From NCBI GenBank assembly GCA_023267635.1, contig JAHFMX010000004.1, forward strand, positions 2,837 to 66,836: 64,000 nt of DNA, in the 5' to 3' direction. The position numbers were made by a program, and so were the translations under genes. The notes beneath the pieces were generated by a model. It ran no database searches, was not told where the DNA came from, and saw nothing but the letters and a program-made list of their open reading frames with translations. The DNA comes from a bacterium. GTDB taxonomy: Bacteria; Patescibacteriota; Minisyncoccia; Phycocordibacterales; UBA5272. Each line of letters starts with the position of its first letter. Positions within the stretch are counted from its first letter, which is position 1. Positions 49,515 through 58,757 of the stretch are shown in pieces.

Positions 49515-51449
49515 ATGGAACGTCTGTTTACAGGGGCAATCAGCCTCACTTCTAAGAGAGATGGATATGTACGGGTTACAGAGCTTGAGCACGATGGTGC
49601 GATTTTTGTTGACCATAGTCATCTTGGAACAGCGCTTCACCAAGATATTGTTCAGGTGGAATTACTTGGTAAAAAGCAGAATGTAAAAGGTGAACAAGAA
49701 CTCTACGGAAAAGTATTATCTATTATTGAACGTGGACGCAAAGGATACGCTGGCATCATAGAAGAAGACGCAGGGCATTACTTCCTCGTTCCTCAGGACA
49801 AGAAAATGTACACCGATATCATGATTGGTAAAGATGACCTTAATGGTGCTGAAGTTGGTATGAAGGTTATAGCAAGCATTGACGAATGGACTGATCAAAA
49901 GAAATCTCCAATTGGACGCGTGACGAATGTTCTTGGATATCCAGGAGACAACAATGCAGAAATGTTGGCCTACGCTCTTGAACGTGGTTTTAGTGCTGAA
50001 CATACTGATGCCGTGAATAAAGAAGCTGATGAAATAAAAGCGCGAGGGATTACAGAAGAAGATAAAGCGAATCGAAGAGATTTCAGAACGACTCCAACCT
50101 TTACCATTGACCCAATCGACGCTAAAGACTTCGACGACGCTATCTCATTTAAGAAGCTTGATAATGGACACTATGAAGTTGGTATTCATATTGCTGACGT
50201 ATCGTACTATGTTCGTCCAGGCATGGCACTTGATGAAGAAGGAATCGCTCGCGAGACTTCTGTGTATCTCGTAGACCGTGTAATCCCTATGCTTCCAGAA
50301 GTGCTTTCAAACGATTTGTGTTCTTTGGTACAGGGTGAGGATCGTCTTGTGATGTCTGCGGTGCTTGAGCTTGATGATGAAGGAAAAGTTCATGGAGAAT
50401 GGTTTGGACGCTCTCTTATTAATTCTCATCGAAGATATTCATACGAAGATGCGCAAGTAACGCTCGATACAGGAACAGGAGATTTCTACGAAGAGCTCAC
50501 TATTTTAAATAAGATTGCAAAGAATTTAACAAAAGCACGTTTTGAAGGTGGGGCGCTTTCACTTGAAACTGAAGAGGTTAAATTTAAGTTAGACGAAAAG
50601 GGTGTGCCAATCGATGTGTATGTGAAGTCACGCGGTGATACTCACAAGCTGATTGAAGAGTACATGCTTTTAGCTAACAAGCATGTAAGTAAGTTCATCA
50701 CTGAAAAACAAGAAGAGAAAAACGGACGATCAATCTGTGTGTATCGTATTCACGATAAGCCAGATGCTGACAAGATGCATGATCTTGATCTCTATATTCG
50801 TGGACTCGGGTTCCATGTTCGTTTTCTGGACGGACTCATTCCTTCACAAGACCTCAACGACCTTCTTCGCAAGATGGCAGATAGACCTGAGAAACAACTA
50901 TTGCAAGTTCACATTACTCGATCAATGCAAAAAGCTGTCTATAGTACAAAAAATGTTGGTCACTATGGACTAGCATTTGATTATTATTCTCACTTCACCT
51001 CTCCAATTCGTCGATACCCAGATGTGCTTACACACAGACTCCTTATGCGAGTACTTTCTGAGGATTATCCTAAAGAAGAAGAACGTGGATTGTTTGATTC
51101 ATTGTGTGCTAAGGCAAGTCGTCGTGAAAAAGAAGCATCAGACGCTGAGCGTGGAAGTATTAAGTACAAGCAGGTGGAATATATGTCGTACCGCATTGGG
51201 CAAGAATTCGACGGTATGGTGTCTGGTGTATCAGAATGGGGGATTTATGTAGAAGAGAAGAAAAGTAAGTGTGAAGGCATGATTCGCTTGCGTGATCTCG
51301 GGGATGATTTCTATAACTTTGATCAAAAGGGTGGACGAGTGTTTGGAGAGCGAACAGGAATGGAGTGGAAAATTGGAACACCAGTACGAATGCGTGTAAA
51401 GAACGCAAATCTTGATTTGCGAGTGATTGATTACGAACTAGTACAGTAG
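49515..51449 (+). CDS. rnr: Ribonuclease R
   Basis: TIDPIDAKDFDDA, LIEEYMLLAN, HFTSPIRRYPD, C-terminal S1. Confidence 0.95.
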   Translation: MERLFTGAISLTSKRDGYVRVTELEHDGAIFVDHSHLGTALHQDIVQVELLGKKQNVKGEQELYGKVLSIIERGRKGYAGIIEEDAGHYFLVPQDKKMYTDIMIGKDDLNGAEVGMKVIASIDEWTDQKKSPIGRVTNVLGYPGDNNAEMLAYALERGFSAEHTDAVNKEADEIKARGITEEDKANRRDFRTTPTFTIDPIDAKDFDDAISFKKLDNGHYEVGIHIADVSYYVRPGMALDEEGIARETSVYLVDRVIPMLPEVLSNDLCSLVQGEDRLVMSAVLELDDEGKVHGEWFGRSLINSHRRYSYEDAQVTLDTGTGDFYEELTILNKIAKNLTKARFEGGALSLETEEVKFKLDEKGVPIDVYVKSRGDTHKLIEEYMLLANKHVSKFITEKQEEKNGRSICVYRIHDKPDADKMHDLDLYIRGLGFHVRFLDGLIPSQDLNDLLRKMADRPEKQLLQVHITRSMQKAVYSTKNVGHYGLAFDYYSHFTSPIRRYPDVLTHRLLMRVLSEDYPKEEERGLFDSLCAKASRREKEASDAERGSIKYKQVEYMSYRIGQEFDGMVSGVSEWGIYVEEKKSKCEGMIRLRDLGDDFYNFDQKGGRVFGERTGMEWKIGTPVRMRVKNANLDLRVIDYELVQ

Positions 51450-51493
51450 TTCTGTATTCGTGCTAGAATAAATTCCTAGAAAGGAGGTGTGCT

Positions 51494-51787
51494 ATGACCA
51501 CCTTAAGCCGTAGATTGCCCTTTGTGGCGCCGATAGAGAAGCCTCCATCCTTTTCTCATGATGAAATAAGAGTTTTCACAGCTTCATTTTGGAGCGAAGC
51601 AGATGAATATGTTGCGGGCAAGTTAGGGGATGCACCGAAGTGCCCCTCCTTGTCGGTAACTGCGCCGAAGTGTGATTGCCCGAAAACTCATGACGGCATG
51701 TTCAAAAAAGAACATGAGTGCAAACGTGAAGCTGTGTGTTGTGTTCGTATAACCCTTTTTCCCAAAGGGGTGCCATTTCATGAGTAA
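51494..51787 (+). CDS. Cys-rich hypothetical protein, ORFan cassette
   Basis: SD aaggagg; 6 Cys in the C-terminal half; terminator at 51800-51843. Confidence 0.6.
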   Translation: MTTLSRRLPFVAPIEKPPSFSHDEIRVFTASFWSEADEYVAGKLGDAPKCPSLSVTAPKCDCPKTHDGMFKKEHECKREAVCCVRITLFPKGVPFHE

Positions 51788-51879
51788 AGCTTCGTCACAA
51801 GACCCTACATATTCCAAGAGGTTGAATATGTAGGGTCTTTTTCTTGTTTTTTATTGGGGTTTATGGTAGAATATGGAAC

Positions 51880-52179
51880 ATGTTAAAAATCAGACTACAG
51901 CGTACAGGACGCAAGAACGACCCTCATTTCCGTCTTATCGTTACAGAAAGTACCCTTAAGGCAAAAACATCTCAATTTACTGAGATTGTTGGAACGTATA
52001 ATGTTAAAGCTGGTATCTTTGAAGCTAAAGGAGACCGCGTAAAGCATTGGATGTCAGTTGGAGCACAGGTTACTCCAACGGTTCACAACCTCCTTATCTC
52101 AAAGGGAGTTATCGAAGGAAAGAAGATCAACGTTCTTCCAAAGAAGAAGCCAGTTGTTAAAGTAGCAAAGGCTGCATAA
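51880..52179 (+). CDS. rpsP: 30S ribosomal protein S16
   Basis: MLKIRLQRTGRKNDPHFR, GTYN, W.SVGAQ.TPTV. Confidence 0.96.
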   Translation: MLKIRLQRTGRKNDPHFRLIVTESTLKAKTSQFTEIVGTYNVKAGIFEAKGDRVKHWMSVGAQVTPTVHNLLISKGVIEGKKINVLPKKKPVVKVAKAA

Positions 52180-52306
52180 TACTAAAAAACTTGAGATTCA
52201 TTCTCAAGTTTTTTAGTATAAAAATATCAAGTTGTGTGCGCTGTGCATAACTTGTCTATAAAAAAGTTGGAGAAGAGTACACTGAAATGATAAATACAAA
52301 CACGAT

Positions 52307-52624
52307 ATGAAAGACCAAGAATTTGTTGAATATGTTGTAAAGGCACTTGTAGAGAATCAAGATGAGGTAAAAGTAGAACGACGAGTGGATGAGATGGGTG
52401 TTTTGATTACACTTGATGTGGCTGCGGAAGATATGGGAAAAATTATCGGGCGTGATGGAGCAACCGCAAAGGCGCTCCGAACATTGCTCCGTGTTGTTGG
52501 TATGAAGAACAATGCTCGAGTGAATTTGAAAATTAACGAACCAGAAGGACGCACGGATGGACAAGTTCCACGGTATGATACCTCAGATGTGGACGCAGTG
52601 ATGAATGACTTGAAGTCTTTGTAG
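52307..52624 (+). CDS. khpA: KH-domain RNA-binding protein
   Basis: DMGKIIGRDGATAKALRTLL; rpsP-khpA-trmD synteny. Confidence 0.9.
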   Translation: MKDQEFVEYVVKALVENQDEVKVERRVDEMGVLITLDVAAEDMGKIIGRDGATAKALRTLLRVVGMKNNARVNLKINEPEGRTDGQVPRYDTSDVDAVMNDLKSL

Positions 52625-52625
52625 T

Positions 52626-52732
52626 AAAACTATTCCACCTACTTTGTCGCTACGGAATTTTTCTCAGTCAACGTAGAGGTGCCTACGTCTCTTTCAAAAA
52701 TTCCTAAGCTTCGCGTATCTGAAGCAGTTTTC
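52626..52732 (+). repeat. Family A repeat, copy 5
   Basis: ctactttgtcgctacggaatttttctcagtcaacgtag...aaaaattcctaagcttcgcgtatctgaagca. Confidence 0.8.
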
Positions 52733-52791
52733 CAAGAAAGAAAAAGCCCCACTTTGTGGAGCTTTTTTTAATTCTCATCACGGAGACGGAA

Positions 52792-52950
52792 TTAAAAAAG
52801 TAGGGATACAGCAACTGTTGTAACCACTGCTGCGGCAATAGCGCCTATGGCCACAGAACTTGTTATTGGCGAAAACAAAATAGCGGCCAGACCAATCCAG
52901 ATGCCTGCAATCGCGATGCCTTTCCCGATATTTTTTCCAGCACTGTCCAT
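52792..52950 (-). CDS. Small 2-TM protein (52 aa), ORFan cassette
   Basis: Manual translation MDSAGKNIGKGIAIAGIWIGLAAILFSPITSSVAIGAIAAAVVTTVAVSLLF; SD aggag; below the ORF-track size cutoff. Confidence 0.6.
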   Translation of the reverse strand: MDSAGKNIGKGIAIAGIWIGLAAILFSPITSSVAIGAIAAAVVTTVAVSLLF

Positions 52951-53011
52951 AAAGAGCTCCTGTCAGTTGTAAGTATTGTTACAGTACATCAAATATGGTA
53001 TAATGTCAATT

Positions 53012-53707
53012 ATGAGATACCACGTGGTAACAATCTTCCCAAACATGCTCGACTCGTATTTTGCAGAGTCGATTATTTCTCGTGCTGTAGAGAGTAAATT
53101 AATTGAAATTAATACCTACGCGCTTCGCGAATACACAACTGATAAACATCGTCGAGTTGATGGTAAGTCATACGGTGGCGGTCCTGGTATGGTGATGTGG
53201 GTTGATCCAATCATTAACTGTGTAGAAAAAATTCAGAAGAAAATTGCTCGCCGAAAAACTGCAAAAGTGCTTGTGGTTATTTTCAACGCGGGTGGAGACA
53301 TGTTTACCAATACGATTGCAAAAAGTTCTGCTACTAAGTACACAGATATTATTTTTATTTGTGGTCGCTATGAAGGAATTGATTCGCGAGTGAAAAAGAT
53401 TTTGAAAGCAAAAGAATGGAGTATTGGAGAGTATGTGCTCACTGGAGGAGAGCTTCCTGCCATGATTTGTATCGATGCTATTTCTCGACAGATTAAAGGA
53501 GTGTTGAATGACGATCTTTCTCTTGAGGAAAAACGTATGGCGTCCCACGAGATATACGCTCGTCCAGAAATATATGAATATAAGAATAAAAAGTATCGAG
53601 TACCGAAGGTTCTTCTTTCTGGTAACCATAAATTGATTGATGAGTATCGTGCGAAAAAAGAAAACACGATTGGTAAGAAAATAAAAACCGATGTATCTAA
53701 AGCTTAA
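53012..53707 (+). CDS. trmD: tRNA (guanine37-N1)-methyltransferase
   Basis: YGGGPGMV, CGRYEGID.R, SIGEYVLTGGELPA, VLLSGNH. Confidence 0.96.
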   Translation: MRYHVVTIFPNMLDSYFAESIISRAVESKLIEINTYALREYTTDKHRRVDGKSYGGGPGMVMWVDPIINCVEKIQKKIARRKTAKVLVVIFNAGGDMFTNTIAKSSATKYTDIIFICGRYEGIDSRVKKILKAKEWSIGEYVLTGGELPAMICIDAISRQIKGVLNDDLSLEEKRMASHEIYARPEIYEYKNKKYRVPKVLLSGNHKLIDEYRAKKENTIGKKIKTDVSKA

Positions 53708-53903
53708 AGTTATTCCTGATTCTAAAATCGAAAAAGTGGAGCAATTAAAAGACGATGAGTATCGTATTTGGGTGCGCGCTCCAGCGGAGAATAATCATGC
53801 AAACAATCGAGTTTTGGAAATTGTTCGTGAATTATATCCGCAGATGAAAGTTCGTCTTGTTTCTGGGCATACGAGTCCTTCCAAGATTGTTTCGGTGGGG
53901 TAA
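53691..53903 (+). CDS. DUF167/YggU-family protein
   Basis: KVIP, V.APAE...AN, SGHTS..K. Confidence 0.85.
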   Translation: MYLKLKVIPDSKIEKVEQLKDDEYRIWVRAPAENNHANNRVLEIVRELYPQMKVRLVSGHTSPSKIVSVG

Positions 53904-53940
53904 GTTTGGTAGAATGAGCGCTACTTGTTTTAGGTTACAT

Positions 53941-54013
53941 GCCAAGATAGCTCAGTTGGTAGAGCACTTCCATGGTAAGGAAGAGGTCGCGGGTTCAATT
54001 CCCGCTCTTGGCT
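53941..54013 (+). tRNA. tRNA-Thr(GGT)
   Basis: GCCAAGATAGCTCAGTTGGTAGAGC, cttcc-ATGGTAA-ggaag, GGTTCAATTCC. Confidence 0.95.
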
Positions 54014-54226
54014 CAGAAATTAAAAAGCACCGGTAAGGTGTTTTTTAATTTCTGAGCCAAGAGCTTTGAAAGGGGTCGGGGAAACGATAGTTTCCCCGTA
54101 GAGGAGAGTAGTGAGTGTACTCGCGAACGTTGAGAACCGTGGGTTCTCAAAACCGAAGCTTAGCGATAGCGTAGCGGAGGTTGCTCTTGGCTCAGAAATT
54201 AACCTCTTGTAGTCGATTCCCGCTCT
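54014..54226 (+). mobile_element. tRNA-3'-associated miniature element after tRNA-Thr
   Basis: 20-bp gctcttggctcagaaattaa at 54004-54023, inverted at 54045-54064, direct again at 54183-54202; internal hairpins. Confidence 0.65.
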
Positions 54227-54299
54227 AAATTAAGATTCGACAAAACCCTTAATTTTGAGTAGTGTAAGACTTAATTGTTCAACTACTACGGGAGGTTAT

Positions 54300-54650
54300 A
54301 TGGCAGAAGATGCCGAGCTTGGCCCGTCGTTAAGGCGGTTGCTCAAGTGGATTACGAAGAAATACAAAATAGAAAAAGAAATTGCTAAAGAGCATCTTGG
54401 CTTTAATCCACCATCCATCGAAATGTTCATGGTGCTCTCAAGTGCCATGAGGCGCAGGATTTTTAAGGAAGGGAAAAATCCCACCTTCGATGAGCTTATT
54501 TCAAAGCTAGTTGATTCTGGATATGTTCATCGGTTCACTGGTTACCATGATCCAAATCATCCAGAAATCAGACTATCAAAAGAAAGCACTTTCTATTGTC
54601 TTACAAAAAAAGGTGAGGAAGCAAAAATAATAGTGGTGCGAAAACGCTAA
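54300..54650 (+). CDS. Hypothetical protein with a possible winged-helix C-terminus, ORFan cassette
   Basis: SD ggagg; LISKLVDSGYV...YCLTKKG resembles a wHTH end; hairpin after the stop. Confidence 0.6.
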   Translation: MAEDAELGPSLRRLLKWITKKYKIEKEIAKEHLGFNPPSIEMFMVLSSAMRRRIFKEGKNPTFDELISKLVDSGYVHRFTGYHDPNHPEIRLSKESTFYCLTKKGEEAKIIVVRKR

Positions 54651-54696
54651 ACGCTGCCAGAAATGGTGGCGTTTATTTTTTGCTATACTAAGCAAA

Positions 54697-55578
54697 ATGG
54701 AAAATAATAATCTTATTGATGCTGAAATCGCTGAACTGGAAAATCTCATGAATGGGGTTGATTTTTGGAATGATAAAGAGAAGGCTCAGGACACTATCAA
54801 GAAGATAAAAGAACTAAAAGATAGACGTGATGGAGTTGGAGCTCTCGATAAAGGAAATGCAATTCTTACACTCTTAGCTGGAGCTGGAGGAGATGATAGC
54901 GAAGACTTCACTCGCATGTTGTTTGAAATGTATGACGCGTACTGTAAACGAAAAGGATATTCATATAGTGTTCTTCATGATAATAAAAATGAGCGTGGAG
55001 GATTTCGTAATCTTACGATAGAAATTGATGGCAAGAACGCCTATGGAAATTTGAAACAAGAATCAGGAGTACACAGACTCGTACGCATCTCACCATTTAA
55101 TGCACAAGCAAAGCGCCACACATCATTTGCTCTTGTGGAAGTGTTGCCTGTAATTCCAGCTGTTGAACAAACACCAATCGCTCCAGAAGATATTCGTATC
55201 GAAACATCTAAGTCATCTGGCCCTGGTGGGCAAAATGTGAACAAGCGAGAAACAGCAGTTCGTATTGTGCACATTCCTACAAATATCGCAGTTCATGTAG
55301 CAACAGAACGAGAACAAGAGCGCAACAAACAAAAAGCACTCGAAATTTTGGCTGCGAAATTGTACAAGATACAAGAAGAAGAGCGACAAGCAGAAATTGA
55401 AGGAAGGCAGATTAGTAAGACGATGGAAATAGAATGGGGGAATCAGATTCGCTCGTATGTTCTCCATCCGTATAAGATGGTGAAAGATCACAGAACAGAT
55501 GTGGAAACGAGTAACATCGAAGCGGTTCTTGAAAAAGGAGAGATCGATGAATTCATTGAAGCTGAAAAGAAGCTGTAA
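54697..55578 (+). CDS. prfB: Peptide chain release factor 2 (short N-domain, no frameshift)
   Basis: GAGG, ESGVHRLVRISPF (SPF), GGQNVNK, WGNQIRSYVLHPY. Confidence 0.93.
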   Translation: MENNNLIDAEIAELENLMNGVDFWNDKEKAQDTIKKIKELKDRRDGVGALDKGNAILTLLAGAGGDDSEDFTRMLFEMYDAYCKRKGYSYSVLHDNKNERGGFRNLTIEIDGKNAYGNLKQESGVHRLVRISPFNAQAKRHTSFALVEVLPVIPAVEQTPIAPEDIRIETSKSSGPGGQNVNKRETAVRIVHIPTNIAVHVATEREQERNKQKALEILAAKLYKIQEEERQAEIEGRQISKTMEIEWGNQIRSYVLHPYKMVKDHRTDVETSNIEAVLEKGEIDEFIEAEKKL

Positions 55579-55706
55579 TTGACTCATTAGGTATAAAAAT
55601 GTAGGGTTATAGCAGTTGTTTCTATACCGAAGCGGACAGTGCGATTGCTTTGTCCGCTTCGGTATAGCCCATGTCGGGTCAGTACTATGAGGCAAGGAGA
55701 AATGAA

Positions 55707-56390
55707 ATGCAAAACATAATCGAACCCCGTCACGTGCTTGAACTTCAGGCAAAGCTGGGAGGTCAGGTCAATTGGTCCGAATTCAAGCCTACGGATATCC
55801 AGCCGATTATTGAATCGCCACGTCTCTCGGGTGTCCACTTTGAAGAGTTCATCCGCCAAGGTGGAAGAATGTCGCTTGAAGGGATACCAATTAAAGTCTT
55901 GAAAAGCTGGACTATCACCCCTGGCCCTACTCTTACGTGGGAGACCTGGGTGAGGTTTGCAAAAGAGGACGTTGGTAATTCAACTATTCTCTCAGGCTCT
56001 TACGACGGAATGGTGTTGTCGGATACCTTGCTTAAACCAAAAAATTTCACGATGAAGCCGAAGGTTCAGGTGCACATGCTCGAAGTTACCAGAAAGGAAG
56101 GCGTTCTGACCAAAAGGATGCTTGAACTCTTCGAACTACTCAACATGTACCCAAGCACAGTTCCTGAGGTGTTTACCGTCCTCAACAGCTTTGCCCCAGA
56201 GCTGCCCAAAGGTGCCGTCCTTCTCAACGCCTGCAAAAACGAAATCTACCAAAATGTGAAAAACATGTTGATAGAAGCGCAAGAGGGAGAGCAGAGGAGG
56301 CGCTATAGGTTTTCGGTTATCGGTGGGGATGTAGAGGACCTTGGTTGCTGGCATGACCATATGTATTACTTTGCTACGTCCTACGACTAA
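55707..56390 (+). CDS. Hypothetical protein, ORFan cassette
   Basis: SD aaggag 7 nt before ATG 55707; terminator at 56403-56430. Confidence 0.7.
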   Translation: MQNIIEPRHVLELQAKLGGQVNWSEFKPTDIQPIIESPRLSGVHFEEFIRQGGRMSLEGIPIKVLKSWTITPGPTLTWETWVRFAKEDVGNSTILSGSYDGMVLSDTLLKPKNFTMKPKVQVHMLEVTRKEGVLTKRMLELFELLNMYPSTVPEVFTVLNSFAPELPKGAVLLNACKNEIYQNVKNMLIEAQEGEQRRRYRFSVIGGDVEDLGCWHDHMYYFATSYD

Positions 56391-56498
56391 GCACGACACA
56401 AGAAACTCGCTCTTAGCACGGCGAGTTTTTATTTTGACTACTTAAGTGGAATATTCTTTGTACACAAGGTGTAATACTGAGTGTGATACAATAAATAT

Positions 56499-57179
56499 AT
56501 GCTCTACTTCGACAAAGTTTCAAAGGAATATGATAACGGTAATAAAGTCCTTGAAGATATTTCTCTCACGATTCACCCAGGTGAACTCGTATCAATTGTA
56601 GGTCACTCAGGCGCGGGTAAAACGACGCTTATCAAACTACTTCTCGCTGAAGAACATCCAACAGAAGGTAAGGTCTCTTTCCATTCAGAAGATATTCATA
56701 AATTAAAAGGATCTGGAATGACTAACTATCGCCGAAAGGTGGGTGTCGTGTTCCAGGATTTTCGTCTTATACCGAACAAGACAGCGTATGAGAACGTAGC
56801 GTTTGCTATGGAAGCAGCAGGGAAACATGATGAGGACATTATGGAAGACGTGCCACACGTTCTTGATCTTGTTGATTTGAAAGACAAGATGCATCATTTC
56901 CCCCATCAGCTTTCAGGAGGTGAACAGCAGCGTGTTGCTATTGCTCGTGCGATTATCAATCGTCCTGAAATTATTATTGCGGATGAACCAACAGGAAACC
57001 TTGACCCACTTAACACGTACGATATTGTTCAGATCTTGAAGAAGATTAATGATTTGGGTACAACAGTGATTCTCACTACTCACAACAAGGGAATTGTGGA
57101 CAATCTTGGTCGTCGTGTGATTACTATGGAAGATGGACGAGTGACTCGAGATCAGAAGTCTGGAAAGTTTACAATGTAG
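56499..57179 (+). CDS. ftsE: Cell division ATPase FtsE
   Basis: [34 protein letters not shown]. Confidence 0.93.
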   Translation: MLYFDKVSKEYDNGNKVLEDISLTIHPGELVSIVGHSGAGKTTLIKLLLAEEHPTEGKVSFHSEDIHKLKGSGMTNYRRKVGVVFQDFRLIPNKTAYENVAFAMEAAGKHDEDIMEDVPHVLDLVDLKDKMHHFPHQLSGGEQQRVAIARAIINRPEIIIADEPTGNLDPLNTYDIVQILKKINDLGTTVILTTHNKGIVDNLGRRVITMEDGRVTRDQKSGKFTM

Positions 57180-57192
57180 CTCTTTTTATTTT

Positions 57193-58122
57193 ATGAAAAC
57201 AACCCTTACACGACGAATAGTAACAGCAGGCCTACGCGGGTTTTATCGTAACCGTACTGTTTCTCTCTCTTCAATCTTTATTCTTACGATTACGCTTTCA
57301 ATTATTACAGCGTTTTATCTTTTCCATGCAATCTTTGCATACACACTCGATCAGGTAACGGAAAAGGTGGATGTGCGTATTTATTTCACAACTGACGCAA
57401 CAGAGGAACAGATAGGGGATGTAAAAGCCCGTCTGATGGGGCTCCCACAAGTAAAGTCAGTGACATACACCTCTCGTGATCAAGCGCTTACAGAATTCCG
57501 TGAAAAACATATAGGGGATCAGCTTACTATTCAAGCGCTTGATGAACTAGGAACAAATCCATTCGGTGCATCTCTCTCAGTGGTTGCAAAGGATACATCT
57601 CAGTATCAAGCAATTGCTGAACAGGTTTCCTCACCAGATTCAGGTTTGCTAGGTGGTGCTTCAGGATCAGTTGATAAGATTAACTACTATCAATTGAAAG
57701 ACAGTATCGATAAGCTCAATAATATTATCGGCTGGACAAACACGGTTGGATTCTGGCTTTCGATGATATTTATTCTTATGAGTTGTATGATCGTATACAA
57801 CACGATTAGATTGGCTATCTTCGTGTATCGAGATGAAATTGCAGTGATGAAGCTCGTTGGGGCATCAAACATGTTTATCCGTGGTCCGTTTATTGTAGAA
57901 GCGATATTGTACGCTCTCTCAGCTACGGTTGTGACTCTCGCTATCTTCTATCCAGCAACTATTTGGGTGACAAAGAAAACAGTGTTCTTCTTTGAAGGAA
58001 TGAATATTAATGCATACTTCCTCTCTCATTTCTTTGAGCTCACAGGACTTCTCCTTCTTGCTGGAATTGTGCTCGCAGTGATATCTTCCCTTCTTGCTGT
58101 TCGAAAGTATTTACAGATTTAA
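57193..58122 (+). CDS. ftsX: Cell division permease FtsX
   Basis: NTIRLAI...RDEIAVMKLVGASN.FIRGPF; follows ftsE. Confidence 0.93.
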   Translation: MKTTLTRRIVTAGLRGFYRNRTVSLSSIFILTITLSIITAFYLFHAIFAYTLDQVTEKVDVRIYFTTDATEEQIGDVKARLMGLPQVKSVTYTSRDQALTEFREKHIGDQLTIQALDELGTNPFGASLSVVAKDTSQYQAIAEQVSSPDSGLLGGASGSVDKINYYQLKDSIDKLNNIIGWTNTVGFWLSMIFILMSCMIVYNTIRLAIFVYRDEIAVMKLVGASNMFIRGPFIVEAILYALSATVVTLAIFYPATIWVTKKTVFFFEGMNINAYFLSHFFELTGLLLLAGIVLAVISSLLAVRKYLQI

Positions 58123-58221
58123 AATATTGACAAAACACTATATATTGTGTTATAATAATATTTGAATGTTTTGGCGATTTTGCCATTTTGAATCAATGCG
58201 CACAGCGCAAAGGAGAAAACT

Positions 58222-58626
58222 ATGGAACTGAACCAAGCGAAAATTGAGGTTTGCTTTCCTGGCACATTGCTGAAGATTTTTTGGCTAATTCTCCACCCGA
58301 TTTTGTGGGTGGGGGCGCTGATCATGGTGAGTGCTTACACATCACCCGTCAGCAAAATCATCTTCCTGGTTGCGGGACTGGTTTCTTTTGCCGCCTTGCT
58401 AGGAGTTTTCTTCGGAAGCTCATCCACTGTTCGCAAAGAATCTGGGTATGTCGCTGGCACCGTTGCTGCTGTGGCCGCCATGGTTTTGAGTTTTAGCGCG
58501 GCCACCTATTCAGCAACCGACAACTTCCCAGGCGAAAGCCTGATTGACAAAAGGGCAGCTGCCATACAGCAAGCCCCTGGTGGACAGTTTCGTGGTCAAG
58601 GTGCCACCGGCTCCATCAAACCCTGA
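58222..58626 (+). CDS. 3-TM hypothetical protein, ORFan cassette
   Basis: TTGACA-N18-TATAAT promoter, SD aaggag, terminator at 58641-58673. Confidence 0.7.
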   Translation: MELNQAKIEVCFPGTLLKIFWLILHPILWVGALIMVSAYTSPVSKIIFLVAGLVSFAALLGVFFGSSSTVRKESGYVAGTVAAVAAMVLSFSAATYSATDNFPGESLIDKRAAAIQQAPGGQFRGQGATGSIKP

Positions 58627-58757
58627 AGCACTTCGCTTCCAAAAGCCCTCGTCTACGGACGGGGCTTTTTTTATTCTCCATCACTTTTGTCACATCTAGA
58701 ACAATTGTTCTACTATCAACAGTCGTCCTTACTAACCTGAGGTATACTGTACTTCTC

